From positions 94,560,212 to 94,617,117 of the forward strand of contig NC_068987.1 of NCBI RefSeq assembly GCF_001194135.2: 56,906 bases of DNA, read 5' to 3'. Under the pieces are notes generated by a model. The model made no database searches and was not told where the DNA came from. It saw only the letters and a program-made list of their open reading frames with translations. Positions 1 through 14,249 of this stretch are shown here, piece after piece. The translations under genes and the position numbers were made by a program. How positions within the stretch are numbered: position 1 is the first letter of the stretch; each line of letters starts with the position of its first letter. The DNA comes from Octopus bimaculoides (Eukaryota).

Positions 1-1881
1 AAATTTATTTTCTGATTCTCCTGTCGACGCCGCCACAAAACTTCGCAGAAGAGCGTCGCAGCCACTTTTATTTCCTCGTTTCAGGCAACTTGAGGCGTTT
101 TCGACTTGTTGCGTGTTTACCGTTTTCCGAGTTCACAAACTCAACGCGCTGGTTCATCTTTCTGTCTGGAGTCGTACTCTGATACCCGTGAGATACGTTC
201 CGCTTTGAAGTTTGTGCCGGTCTAAAGAAACCCTTATTCGTAGTACGAAGAGCCACCACGTTCAATAAAGTTAACAAGGAGTGTTATTAAGCATAACTAT
301 AAAAATCGTTGTGTATGAATTTAATTATTCTTTAATGATAGCATTATCAAGCTCTTTGCTTCTCATTATCTGTCTATCTGTCTCTCTTCCTCTCTCCCTC
401 TTTCCCCTCTCTCTCTCCCTCTTCCTCCCATTCTACTTCCCAAATATTTATCAACAATAAAAGTGTGATAACACTTCATTGAATCTCTCACCACCTTTAT
501 TGGATTTTAAATGATTTTTTAAAAAATTGTTGATTCATTTAAAAAATTCTTTGTGGAGACATTTTTGTTCATTTTTCTTTTTAACTCTTTTGCTCTCCCG
601 ATTATCCATTTGCTTTTAATTTTTAATTCTCTTCCATAATATACAGCTAAAAGGAAATCACAAACATACATACACACAACCAGATGGTACGTAAAACCAG
701 ATTTGAAACATTTTAGTAAGCATTGGTAGTCTGAACAGATTAAACTAATTGATTATGTCCAGTATTGTACGATTCACTTCAGAAAGTGTCCTTTACAGTT
801 AATTATGTTTATGAGTGTCTTTGTTACTCCACGCCATGAGATGGTCTGAAGATAATTCATAACCGATCGCTTCAGTCGATAACCTGAGAAGACAAAAAAA
901 AATCTAAATTTAGTTACTCGATTTTGTGGCATTTAATTTTTTATAAAACTAAGTTTATACACAGTAACACAGACATGTGTAGCACGAGACAGCATTTCAG
1001 TATATTGACATAGAGTAGAGGCCTGCAAATTAGATGTTGGAAAATGAAAAATTATAACGGGAGTTGGCTCTTGAGAGACCACGTCTGTTTGAGGGCTGGA
1101 AACAGACAAGAATTAATGCTATAGTGAGCGTTTGCATACATTTCGGGTGACGCTCTTCGTCGGAGGCGGAAGAAATGTGAATCGTAATTCAATACCAATC
1201 AGCCAATAAGAAATTTCAACTCTTCATCATATCGTTTCAAACAATATCCTACCTTCAAACTCTGGTTCCCGCAGGTGGCTAGGTTTGCGTCTGACATATT
1301 TTCCTTGTTTAATCTCAATGTATTAGCGCATTCACAACTTTTGTAAGCCAAACGTATTAGGACACCATGCCTAAACATAGAAAAAAAAAACGATAATCTT
1401 TCGCTAACACGTGAAAAAATTCCATCATATGGCTTGAGAGAGAGAGAGAGAGAGAGACTATTGAGAGGCACCTATTCAGAAGACTTATCGCTAAATGAAT
1501 GTAGAGAACAGTTAGTGAAAGATTAAGAGACTGTACACATTCAGGTTGATGAATGTATATCTATCTGTGCGTGCGCGCATATATATTCATGTAGAAGACA
1601 GTGAGCGGACAGCTAAGATTACCTGGGTTAAATATAGAGATTTCGTAGCTGTAGACAGACACGAGCTTTTTTTTAAGACATGATGACCCCCATCATGATA
1701 GCTGTGTTACTTACTCCGGGTTTGGTACCCAACTGTAATTTCTTAAAAGAAGGTTAATGAAACATAACAAAATTCAGTGTTTCTACTAACACTGAGAGAA
1801 ATATATATATATACTCGAGCACAGCTGTCAATACACGTACGCTGTCGCGGGCGCCTACACACACACACACACACACACACA

Positions 1882-2189
1882 NNNNNNNNNNNNNNNNNNN
1901 NNNNNNNNNNNNNNNNNNNNNNNNNNNNNNNNNNNNNNNNNNNNNNNNNNNNNNNNNNNNNNNNNNNNNNNNNNNNNNNNNNNNNNNNNNNNNNNNNNNN
2001 NNNNNNNNNNNNNNNNNNNNNNNNNNNNNNNNNNNNNNNNNNNNNNNNNNNNNNNNNNNNNNNNNNNNNNNNNNNNNNNNNNNNNNNNNNNNNNNNNNNN
2101 NNNNNNNNNNNNNNNNNNNNNNNNNNNNNNNNNNNNNNNNNNNNNNNNNNNNNNNNNNNNNNNNNNNNNNNNNNNNNNNNNNNNNNNNN
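1882..2189. other. Assembly gap (N run), one of about ten
   Basis: N runs also occur at about 4488, 13852, 21301, 28392, 38869, 40155, 41451 and 46279, almost all next to (TA)n or (CA)n. Confidence 0.95.
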
Positions 2190-3234
2190 TTCAAGTAAAC
2201 CAGCTCCTCAAAACGAGACGAGTGTAACTGTAAACATTTACCAGTATAATATGCAAAAGATCGAGAAATAGAGTCAGTGTTACCAAAAACAATATATATA
2301 TATATATATATATCTTTAGAAGATGAAAATTAAAGTTATAAGGAATTTTTAGAAAATAATTTTGTGCATATCCACATGCATTCGAAGAATGTTCTTGGAA
2401 GTTCGAAGAATGTTCTTGGAGGTGAAAAAGAAAAGTAATAATTCAGAATGAAAAATTAGTAAAATGAAAAGAATAAAAAAAGTTAGGCATGTTGCTATTC
2501 CAAAATTGGTGTCTTCATTTTACGTATAATTAGAAAAATAGTAATTGCGTCAGGTTATCTCTCTGTGCATACATATCGAACACTTTTTTTTAAAAAAGTT
2601 TTTGTATTCTTGATAAGATGAGGAAGAGAGAATGACGGTTGTCATGGTGTACTTGGAGTTTTTGATGACTAATAACGACAACCATCAATTTTTCTTTTAT
2701 GTGGACACGCTAACAGAAGAGCGAACATTTCTTCCCAAGTTGAGGACAGCTAATGTAACAGCATAGCTGTTGCGAATCCTTCCGAATGGTGAACCAAAAA
2801 TTATGTTTCTTATGGGGTCAAGTCTCATAGAACCTTCGAGTAACTGATTTTATTCAAGTAATCAATTGACAAATAAATAAATAGACATATAAATGATATA
2901 ATTTTCCCCAAGGATTGTTGAAAGACCGAAAATTTTTAACAATATATTCAATGACACGTTAGCAAAAAGCAACGACGATCTTTGGGTTTGGAGCTCCACA
3001 AGGAAACATATTCTACTCAATCGGCAGCGCGCGCACGCACGCACACACACACGAGAGAGAGAGAGAGAGGGTGTATAATAATGTAAAGCTGATAATGAAT
3101 GTCAAAACTATGGCTGGGAGATATACCTTGGGGCGGAGGAGCGCTCAGTACATTAAATACAAATGCGCAAGGTTCTACATGTGTAATTAACCGACAGGAA
3201 TTCCTTGTAGAATTGCTTAAAATTTTAAAACAAG

Positions 3235-3290
<56 letters not shown>

Positions 3291-5379
3291 ATATTTGTGT
3301 GTGTATATGCATATAGAGAGAAACGTGTATATGCATGCATATATATATGTGTGTGTGTGTATCAATGAGTATGTATGTATGAGTATGTGTGTGTTTGTTG
3401 TAATTGTAAGGATTATCTCAGTTGTTTCAACTAACTCACCGTATTACAAATCTGGGCTCCTACCGTGCACTTATTTAGTTTGCAGAACGCTACCCCAAGG
3501 CATTTCCCCTCAGCTATATTGTTGATATTCCATATGTTACTTCTAACCAGGTATCGTGGTTCACTGAAAGTTAAGTTTCACAGCTTGGGCACATCACTGC
3601 ACCAGAAACAGGAAACGGTGTGCGAGGCTTTCAATTTGTTAATCTGCCAGTCTGCAGCATTGGTATCTGGTGTTAACAACTCGCAGCCAGCAACGTTCTA
3701 AATGTCTCTTTCGTCTAGGATAGCTTATATACTGAGCTCCCGCCCTCCCCCCTTCCCATGCCATTTTTGATCGAAAAACTTGGATCAAAAGCATTCTAGC
3801 TATGTCTACCCAGTCTTTTTGCATATCTTTCACAAAATTATCGAATGCATCCTTTCGTTACTTTTTTAGTGAGCTATGACGGGCTTTGAGGGAGATTTAA
3901 ATTACTATTTTTAGCAGGCAAAGCGATCACGTAATTTCAGTCTAAGTTTGTGAAGTCACTCTATATATGTATTTATTGTAGCTAATTATTACATGAGTAG
4001 ATGAGTGTCAAATATTTGTGGGTGTGTTAATACATACTTTAGATGTTAATGTATTATATTTATGGAATGCAATGCTATGCATATAAGTACTAGATCTCTT
4101 GGGAGTTTAGCCTGTATTAGTCTGGCAGCTTATCCAGGAGAGGCTAGACAATCTTTTAACTGCTAACTTGAAACATAATCAAGAGCTAAGCGCCAGCTTT
4201 ATGTGAAAGGATATCCTCATTCTTAACAACCTAACATTAATCCATTCTTTATACAACTACAATGATTCCATCTTCTAACTCCGTTCTAACGTTACCCTTT
4301 TTTCTTATTTCCCGACTCCTTTCTTCTATCATACAATACACTTACACTTCTCCTCTTGTCCTCCCTCTCTATCGCATTATCTCTGTCTTTCTTCTCTCAT
4401 ATTGTTTTTTGCTCTTTTATTTTTTTAGTTTATGCATATATCATTTTTCCCTACCTAGTTTCCCCTTGATTTCCAAATACATTTCTTNNNNNNNNNNNNN
4501 NNNNNNNNNNNNNNNNNNNNNNNNNNNNNNNNNNNNNNNNNNNNNNNNNNNNNNNNNNNNNNNNNNNNNNNNNNNNNNNNNNNNNNNNNNNNNNNNNNNN
4601 NNNNNATATATATATATATATATATATATACCAGCTCTCTCTCCACACACATATATATATATAGTGTGTGTGTGTGTGTGGGAGGGGGTGCTTAACTCTA
4701 ATATTTTTCACGTTTGCAGTTAAAAGCCTCTCCTCTCCTCCTGGATAAGCTGCCAGACAATCACAGGCTACATTCCCAGGAGATCAGGTACCTACTTGAT
4801 ATATATATATATACATATATATTGGCACATTTATTTTTTATTAATTATATTTTTCCCCCAATTCCTAACTTTCTCTTATTTTTCTACCCTCTCTCCTTCT
4901 CCTCTCTGTCTTACTACGTCACTCTTTATCCATTCACCCAACTCTTTATCTCTTTCATATCTTCGCATTCTGCAATTTCCAGCTATTTTTCTTTGTTTCC
5001 TTTTCCTTTTTTTCTTTTTTTATTTTACCAAGCCTTTTTCGTTTTTTTTTTTGTTATTTTTTCCCCTACAACTTGATCTCAACTTCACCCGTCCTCATCT
5101 ATCTCTCTCTCTTTCTCTCTCTCTCTCTCTGTCTCTCCCTCCTCCGCCTTTGCCGCTCACATGTTTACTCTCACCACTGTCAACAATTCCAGCCAGTCTT
5201 CCTACTGCCATTCACTTACATTCCAACTCTATTTTCGTCGCTTCTCACACGCACGCACGCACGCACCATACCGAAGGGTATGTCCCTTCTGTGCCTCTTG
5301 GGACTCGTTTAATAATATCTGCCGCATAACGCATCTGCGACTCTATGTCATTTATTTTGTTTTATTATCGCTGTAATAA

Positions 5380-6200
5380 CGTCGATTGGGAGGCGATGGC
5401 ATCGATGGCTGGTGTTGACGATGTCGGAAGCATTGGTTGTTGGTGATGTTGTTGTTGGTGATGGTTGTGGCTGTGCTACTGGTTTCGACTAGTGTTAGTG
5501 GTGGTGGCTGTGGTGTCGGTTGTGGTAACAATTTTGTTAGGCTAAAGAGAAAAGGGAGATAATGGTGGCGGTTTTATTGTACGTGTTGGTGGTAGTTGTG
5601 AGACTGTGTCGGCAGTAATGATGTTGTTGATAATGCTTGTGATGATGATGCAGATTACAACTGTGTTTGTTGAAGGTGGTGGTGGTGGTGGTGGATGCAG
5701 TTGTGATAGTGGTGGCGGCGGCGGCGGCGGCGATGGGAAGTGTTCATGGTGGGAGTGAATAACTGCAGACGATGTGTTGAGCTTGTGACAAGAGGGGATC
5801 CAAAGTTCGGTGGCGGCGATGGCGTGAAGATGGACGGAGGCTGTAGTGATGACGATACTGCTGGTGATGATTGGGGAAGCCGGGGGTCGTGGTGGCGGCG
5901 GTGGTGAAGTTTCATGTGGATGCTCGTGTCATTGGTTGGGGCCAGTGAGGGTTGATGATGTTGATGATGGTGCTTCTTCGTAATAAGGTGATGACGGTGA
6001 ACTTCGGTGATGGATGATGGTGTTGGTGATGGTGTAACAATGAAACCGAAGTGGCGCGATGCATATATAGCTGAGTGGTGGTGGTAGTGGTGGTCGTCGT
6101 AATGACTGCAGTAGTGATTGCAGTGGTGGTGATCATAAGGGCATTTGGTGATTGTAGGAGCGACGGTGATTATAGGGGCGGTGTCACACTGATGGTTAAG
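5380..6200. repeat. Degenerate (GGT/GAT/GTT)n trinucleotide low-complexity tract
   Basis: Runs of GGTGGT, GATGAT and GGCGGC. Similar tracts lie at about 8440-9150, 11270-11460, 24090-24250, 30330-30560, 50860-51070 and 55680-56000. Confidence 0.9.
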
Positions 6201-6276
6201 ACCTTTTGTCTGATTGTTTTTAATGTTTTCAACTCATGTGAAACGGTGTCATTTTTTTTTTCTTTTACTGAATACA

Positions 6277-6358
<82 letters not shown>

Positions 6359-7689
6359 CATTGTCGTTCTTTTGCTTTCTTCATTTGAGGAATTGCATTA
6401 AATAACAGGAAACGATAAAAAATTTAGAATAAAAATAAAATTTTAAAAAAAGCACAAAGGAACGAGGAAAATGCGTGATAGAATAAAAAAAAAAAATTAA
6501 TAATCAGTTACGAAAAATGTACGTGTTTCTGTGTATTAGTTTGTGATGTGTGTGTTCTTATTGCAGGGACAGTTTGTGTGTGGAGGGAGTGAGAAAGACT
6601 GATGTATATAAAGGAAATAGAGAGTAGTTGATATTAATAACCTAACAAAGCAGAGAGAACATTCAGGATGCCAAACACATAACTGCTGTGTTGCGTACGC
6701 ACACATGGAAACACCAGTATGTATTAATTACTGTGAAATATCCTGAAATAGTGAACAGTAAATTCCGCAAAATATTTCTCATTTTTATATTTATTTCTAA
6801 AACATATCTCAAAAAATACCTTGTAAAATACAAACGCTTCTTAACCAGCAGCTGGTGTGATATTAAGGAAATGAAGAATTCATTTACAAGACATTCAGGT
6901 TAAGGAATGTCGATCATAATGTTATGAAGACAAAGATAGGGTGATGCTTGAAAATCTAGTTTGAAATGTACCTTTCACGTTGTAATGATTCTGATAGTGT
7001 TGCCGGGACTCTAGACTATCGAGATGATTGTGATGGCAATTACACAATGGTTTCTTTGACTGTTATTTTATTTTATATACAATTTACTCTGAAGTAGCAG
7101 CCACGACCTTTTTATAGGGCCTCCGAGGTGTTGAGGAACAAGGTATCATTCTACATGAAGCAAAAACTCGTCTAAAGGGCCATGTGGTGATGGTAAACCG
7201 TGCTTTGGTCTACACCTCCCACAATAATGATAATAATAATAACGTGTGTCAGTTTTTAAAATGGTAAGATGCCGTTTTTGAGGGAGATTTGGCCCCTATT
7301 TTAGCAGGTCTAACTTGTATCGATGACTGGCGATGTTTAACAGCAAGGAAGCAACAGCCCTCTGGCTGAAAATGTTCAAGCCGTCTATCATCTATCTTTT
7401 TATTTGTTTATTTTATTTTACTGGCCGTGTGTTCCAGGATTAGAATATTTAACGTGTCCTTCCACTTTTTTTAGAGAATGTGAACTGAAGAGAAGCGATT
7501 TTGACTGCTGTTACCAGTGGCGAATCGTGTATAGGAACTGCAGCTCTCCCTATTTCCACTCGATATTATTGATGACATTCAATATAATGAGTCCTTTCTT
7601 CTTTAATTCTTTCTTTATATTTGTACATTATATAATCCTTAAGCTTAATGTTAGAAGCCATCCCTTAGTTTATGAAAAAAAATACAAAA

Positions 7690-8182
7690 TCCTTGTATAG
7701 AACTGTGCACTTCACAGTTCCAGCGACGTGATGTTTGACTGTTGTGCGCATGCTCACATGTCCGAGATAGGAAGCTTCACGCTATGCAGAGAGAGCACTG
7801 TGGTTCACGCAGTGCCGACCCTGCTGTGCAGGTGAAAGGTAGTGTTTCTTTTTGACTCCGCGTATCTTGAGCTTAAAAACGTGTTTATATTCTTGAATGT
7901 GATAAAGTGTAGAATTAGATTATTATTCTGCTTCCAGCTTCAGTGTTGCTGCCAAGATTTGAAAAATAGGGCACATTTCCTCCCTTATTTTGTGATTTAG
8001 TGGGGATTTTTTAAAAACAAGTGGGAATTTGCGGCGGTGTTCATTGAACAAATCAAGCAGTGGCTAAAACACGAACCGTGCAAGTTTATGTAGAATTTTT
8101 CTTTCTATATGTTTGTTTCTTTTTACACAATATTAAAACAACGGCTAAAACTTTTCTGAAGCAGCGACCCTACTAATTTTAT
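7690..8182 (+). mobile_element. Possible internally deleted mariner-like element
   Basis: GTGATGTTTGACTGTTGTGCGCATGCTCACATGTCCG and the end GGCTAAAACTTTTCTGAAGCAGCGACCCTA resemble mariner subterminal and terminal sequences. No matching left TIR was found. Confidence 0.3.
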
Positions 8183-9822
8183 CCACGAGCTGCCACTGGC
8201 TGTTATGTGCAGGCTGAGCTACTATTTAGAGGTTGACTCTGTTGTTATTGTAGCTTAGCTCCATGTCAGACCTGATTGGGCAAACTTATTATCAAAGGCG
8301 CGCTAAACGTGACCTTTCCATTTATTTTTATACTCTGAATTACGTGATCCATTGTACCCTTCCTTTCTTAAGATAGTAAGATGTCTTTTCAGGGAATATG
8401 GCTGCTATTGGTAACAGTCTCAGTGATCCCGCAGAAACTCTCTCTCTCATTAGCTAGTTCTGTTGTTGGCAGCGGTGGGGACGTTTTAGGCGAATAGTTA
8501 TTAGACTATTAATAGAGGTTGGTGGTGGTGGGGTTACTTTGAATTCTAAATTTAGTTTTCTGTTCTTTTCTTTCTCGCTGTTATTGTTGAGGTCGTTACA
8601 ATTGCTAACAATGAGCGGCGATTACAGCGATAGATAATGATGGTAGGGGTGGCTTTAGTTTTTAGTGGTCAAGGTGCAAGTTTGTAGGGTGTTAAAAATT
8701 GTTGAAGTGCTATCAGTAGTGTTAGTTGTTTTAGTGTTCTAAATTTGCTGATGTTAATGGAAAGGCTGCTGAGAGGTTCGTGGTGTTGTGGGGCAGGCAG
8801 CGATAATTAGCACATGTGAGAGTGCTACGGAGAGCGACTGTGCTAATTGTAATGAGCGTAGTCGCACTCTAATCGTTGCTGTTTTGGTGAAAGTAGTGGC
8901 CGTCATTGTTACGGTGGTTAAGGCGGGGAATGTCGCTTTAGAGGTTAATGCCGGTGGTGGTACTGAGTACAACAACAGTGGTGTTTGAGCAATGGCTGGA
9001 ATAAATGATAATCGTTTGTTTGGACGACATTTGTTGCGACAGTTTGCTGTTAAAAGTCGTAAGGGAGGAGGAGAGTTGGTGGTGGTATTGTCGATAATAT
9101 GGTCAATATCAAATCAGAAAGTTGGAGGTTAACGGTGGTTAGTCACTTCAAGTGATATGGAAAATATCGAACGGTAAGCAACTCTCTTCTCAAAATATGT
9201 CTTTTGGACGGGGTATTCAGTACTGACACGAAGCAAAGAGATTATTTGGGCTAATGATTAAATATCTTAACCCTCCTCCATCGAAGCCAATTAGATATAA
9301 CTTTAATGAAATCATGTTACTTGGGATGCTAGGCATGCGCGGTGCACAAACTTTCATCCCATACACAAATAAGCATATACTTGCATATTTTCTTGCTATC
9401 AAGTAGCTCGATGCATTTCGATGACAATCGCATAAACACGAATATAGTGCGATGTGTATCGGCGGCACTCGCACTAATACAGAGATGGAGAAATTTTCCA
9501 CCCTTTTTATTGCTCTTTTATTTCTTTCACACCTTTTTTTCTGCAAGGTATTATTTTGTTTCAATGATTTTTCGAGTCTGCAATTCTTTGACTAAACAAA
9601 ACAAATGTACCAATAACTCTATATGACTCACATATAGAAAAAAATAATTAAGGATTCAGGCAATAAGCTATTTGTAAAATCACGTAAAACACGCCTGTGT
9701 ATCGTTCTCGATAAAGACTAGCCACAGGGACCAAGGGAGCAAATACAAAATTTGTCATTTCTTTATTTTATAGTTTCCATCGATATTTCTTATTGTTTAA
9801 TAACAATAATAATCATTTCAAA

Positions 9823-10760
9823 TATTGGCACAAGGCCAGCAGTTTTAGTGGGAGAGGTTTGGTCGATTGCATCGACCCCAGCGCTCGACTTGTATTTATC
9901 TTATCGATCTCGAAGAGGAAAGTTGACTCGGCAGAGTTTGAACTCAGAACGTAAAATCGGGAAGAAATATTACATAACAACTTTTTTCCAACGTTTTAAC
10001 CAATTCCTCCATTTTGCCGCCCTAATTAATAATGATTACAAATTTCGGCACAAGGCCAGCAATTTCGGGAGAAGGTCTAAGTTAATTGCATTGACCTCAG
10101 CGCTCAACTGGTATTTATTTTATCGAGCTCGAAAGGATGAAAGGCAAACTCAGCCTCGGCGGAAATTGAACTCAGAACGTAATGCCGCTAAGTATTTTGC
10201 CTGCTAACGATTTAGCCAGCTCGCCGCCTCAGCAGCAGCAGTCGTTTCTGTTATTAGCTACAGGGGATAAGATGAGGGGTACAGCACTAGACCAGCAATT
10301 TCGAGGAGAGAGGCGTAGTCAATCAATACCATTAACTTCAATATCAAATTGGTTCTTTATTTTATTGATCCCGCACGGATGAAAGGTAGATCTGGTGTCG
10401 GCGGGATTTGAAATCAGAACGTAAGGAGCTAGAAGAAACACAGTATTAAATTTTTTTTTTTTCTCTCATTAAAATAAAACTACAGGTTTGGAGGAACGCA
10501 AGTCACTTAAATCAATCTTAATACGTAACTAGTCCTTCCCTTTTAATATGTCTGAAAACGTGAAAGACAAAGATCCAACCCAGCAGAATTTGAAATGTGC
10601 GAAGTCCAATGATTAATGTCCCCTAAATCATTTAGTCCTGTCTCGCTAGCGTCTATTTTGGTAGCAATAATTACCAGCGCAAAATTGGGTGGCAAAAGTG
10701 TTGTTTATGGAAACATAGCACAGTGTACATTTCTACGATTTATTTTATCGACCCGGTGGC
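9823..10760 (-). mobile_element. Array of 3 clear plus 1-2 degenerate SINE family B copies, same orientation
   Basis: Recurring GGCACAAGGCCAGC..ATCGACCCCAG..TTATTTTATCGA..GGATGAAAGG..TTTGAACTCAGAACGTAA at about 9823, 10043 and 10280, with remnants near 10480 and 10720. The tRNA-like head is on the minus strand (GTTCTGAGTTCAAA). Confidence 0.8.
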
Positions 10761-10962
10761 TCGAAAGAAAACAAAAAACAAAAAAACAAAAATGATAATA
10801 AACAATCATTCCTCACAGTATTTGAAGTCAGAAGTAGAGACTAATGTTTTAACAGTTTAGTCGGAAGGCTGAGCCATTTCTGCTTCTCTATGCTGGGCAC
10901 GGTGATAATGATTTAACCAGAAATACTGTTAACATGGTTTCGAGACCTCGGGCAGAGAGGGG

Positions 10963-11070
<108 letters not shown>

Positions 11071-11270
11071 GAAATCTGCAGAAGCAAGTAGACTGTCGGT
11101 GGTTTAAGAAACCCAAAACGAAGCTAGTCTCTCTCAATCTCCCTTCCTCATTACTATCGTGTACACATACAAGTACAGTGTTAAACACAAGAATCATACA
11201 CTTGCGGACTTGAATGCGCATACATAAATGTGTGTTGTCACGTACAAGGTTGTAGCTAAAGATGATCTGC

Positions 11271-11303
<33 letters not shown>

Positions 11304-11582
11304 TGGTAATAATGATGTGGTAGTTGTAATGCTGATAATTGTGAAGATATTGATGATGATGATGATGGTAAGGATGAAGGTTGGTGGTGGCGCTATCATT
11401 GATAATGTACTCTATGTTGTTGGCGGTGTTGTAGATGATGTGTTACTAAAGGATTGCGGAGATGTCTTCCTGGCTCTTAACAACAAGCACAACGTAAACT
11501 AATATCTCGAACATAAGTTAATTTTGGTTATCGAGAAGAGTAGAAGCGGATGTTAAACAAAATGCCACGCCCCATCTCTCTT

Positions 11583-11618
<36 letters not shown>

Positions 11619-12134
11619 AGATTCACTTCTTTCTCGCATTATTTTTTTTATTGTGTCAGCCTTCAGATTTTTGACCGATTGTCATCGAATCTGCTCGTCA
11701 ATGTGTGTACGTATCTGTAAATCGTTTCCTCTTAATTGTATATCAGGCAATTGCACAATTCCTTTAAGTGCATAGCTTTTCTAAACATCAAACCGTTTAA
11801 CATGAAATCGGTCTAATAAGTGCATATACAAATGTCATCAATTTCCATTAATTTCTAATATTTTCCCTGATTTTGAGCCAAAACTTGGCGACATGTATGA
11901 CACAAAATCGAAAATTGATTTGATATGACCAAAGTGATTATGAAAACCTCCGTTTCATGATGTGTTAAAACGACTTGTTGGCTATTTCTTCTCTACAAAC
12001 AACCCATGTCAGGACATTCACGTTATTCTTGCCATGTCAATGAGACAAAATGTATCGAAATTCAGATGCCAGTATAGTTTTAGCTTATTGTTAATTGTAT
12101 ATTAATATTTTTCATTAGAATCCTCATTAAAATA

Positions 12135-12358
12135 TTGGCTTCAAACGCAGGAACAAAGCCAGCAAGTTTGGAGGATGAGGTAAATTGATCCCATTGATCC
12201 CAGTGTTCAATTGGTAGCTGGTGCTTATTTTATTAAACCTGAAAAGATGAAAGATGAAGTCGACCTCAGCAGAATCCGAACTCAGAACGTAAAGACGGAC
12301 GAAATGCCGCTAAGCATTTCGCCCGGTGTGCTAACGTTTCTGCCAGCTCACCGCCTTA
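12135..12358 (-). mobile_element. SINE family B (tRNA head plus central GCCTTTCATCCTTTCGGGGTCGATAAA-type domain, Meta/MESC-like by recollection)
   Basis: Reverse complement begins AAGGCGGTGAGCTGGCAGAAACGTTAGCAC..GTTCTGAGTTCGGATTC..GAGGTCGAC. Confidence 0.85.
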
Positions 12359-12491
12359 TCTTCATTAAAATATTAGTTTTGAATCAAGCGATGTATGAAA
12401 CCTTACGATTCTGTTGGTTTCATTCTCAACCACATAAACATGTAATTGATATAATTAAATGTTTCTTTATCCGCGACAATGTACTAGTTTC

Positions 12492-12750
12492 AAATTTTGG
12501 CACAGGGACATTTATTTCGGGGGAGGGGGTAAATCGATTAAACCGATCCCATTCCCTAACTGGTACTTATTTTATCGAAGCCGAAAGAATGAAAGGCAAC
12601 CTCAGTACGCAACTGGTACTTAATTTATCGACTCCGAAAGGATGAAAGGCAAAGTCGACCTCGGTGGAATTTGAACTCAGAATGTAAAGACAGACGAAAT
12701 ACCGCTAAGCATTTTGCCCGACGTGCTAACGTTCTGCCAGCTCTCTGCCT
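12492..12750 (-). mobile_element. SINE family B with an internally duplicated central domain
   Basis: AACTGGTACTTA.TTTATCGA..CGAAAG.ATGAAAGGCAA occurs at 12558-12599 and again at 12611-12652. Confidence 0.85.
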
Positions 12751-13079
12751 TAGGGAAGAGATAGACATTGCCAGTGCAAGTGGGTGCTGGGCTTATCAAT
12801 ACTTACATGAAATATGGTGTAATTGAGTACAATATCTTTCAATAAACAACAACAAAAAACAAATTCTAATTTAGTTACTAGTCTTTTGGAAAAGAAAAAT
12901 TAGGTTATGAATAGTATTGTTATATGAAATATCTCTGAGCAATACTTAGTTAATAGCGATTTTTGACACAAAAATGAAGGTTTTGGAGATATTCACAAGA
13001 TTGGCATTCGTTCCAGAAACTTCCATATACGGTCGATAATTTTTCAAAGAGATTTTAGTTATATAGATTGCAGCATATT

Positions 13080-13235
13080 CAAGGCCGGTCGATAGGTAGA
13101 GCTGTTAAAGAATCGGAAAAATGTCCTGTTATTTCATTCCAGTCCTTTTTATGTTCTGATTTCAAATCCAGTCAAAGCTAACTTTGCTGTTCATTCTTTC
13201 TTCGTAGCTGGAATAATGTACAGGTTCAATACTGA
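13080..13235 (+). mobile_element. Diverged SINE family B
   Basis: TTATGTTCTGATTTCAAATCC..AACTTTGC..TTCATTCTTTC. Confidence 0.55.
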
Positions 13236-13679
13236 GTTGATATTCTTTACCATACTTCTGCCGCAAATCTGAGGTCTTGTTTTTTGTTTTCAATGTTACA
13301 AAATATTTGGCCTGTAGGTACAATAAAAATGTCACTCAATGAACTTGTTTTGGTGAGAATGGACAAAACACTTAATAAGTGCAGTACAAAGAAAATAGCG
13401 AAGTTACCACTCCACAAATTTTGGCATGATGAACTTTGATCATGCAAATACAGACTTATTGGTATTATGATCTCATATCTTCATTTTCGTAAGTTCCTTA
13501 ATCTAATGGGTTCTTTTAAAGCTGGGAGTCTAACAGCTCTCCGCAAGAAGCCTGCTCTGGAGGGCGACAGCTTGACCAGTTATATGATTATATGCTAATT
13601 TATACCCAGTTTGTTTATCCCTTTATGACTAAAGTGCCTGACACTTGCTTTATTTTTAGGAATTTTCATTGTATGAAGG

Positions 13680-13718
<39 letters not shown>

Positions 13719-14044
13719 GTTCTCTATGTGGCTTGTGTGTTTTCTCGTCTACGTTTTGTTTGCAATGTCCTGTACCCAGATATGCACCTATACATACAGG
13801 TGGATGTCGGTATGCACATACCTGTACGTATATATGCATATACTCATTTACNNNNNNNNNNNNNNNNNNNNNNNNNNNNNNNNNNNNNNNNNNNNNNNNN
13901 NNNNNNNNNNNNNNNNNNNNNNNNNNNNNNNNNNNNNNNNNNNNNNNNNNNNNNNNNNNNNNNNNNNNNNNNNNNNNNNNNNNNNNNNNNNNNNNNNNNN
14001 NNNNNNNNNNNNNNNNNNNNNNNNNNNNNNNNNNNNNNNNNNNN

Positions 14045-14089
<45 letters not shown>

Positions 14090-14249
14090 TCCGGCATGGC
14101 GGCAGTGAAATGACTGAAACAGACGTGTGTGTGTGTGAAATCGCTTCAGTCGTAACCTTGTAAATGACTGTATGGTTATTGAATTATCCATGAGAAAGAG
14201 ACATGTATGCACTTTCTACGATGAAAGCTTTTTTCATAAAGCTATGATT

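Noticed and set aside
845-880. CTGAAGA..CTTCAG hairpin
   Set aside because: It lacks GAAA and stem I, so it is not a hammerhead.
1682-1700. CATGATG-ACCCC-CATCATG hairpin with a C-box-like ATGATGA
   Set aside because: No D box (CTGA) or terminal stem, so not a supportable snoRNA.
5655-6401. His/Thr/Pro- or Val-rich mucin-like ORFs
   Set aside because: These are degenerate trinucleotide tracts with no splice or domain support; similar tracts recur throughout the window.
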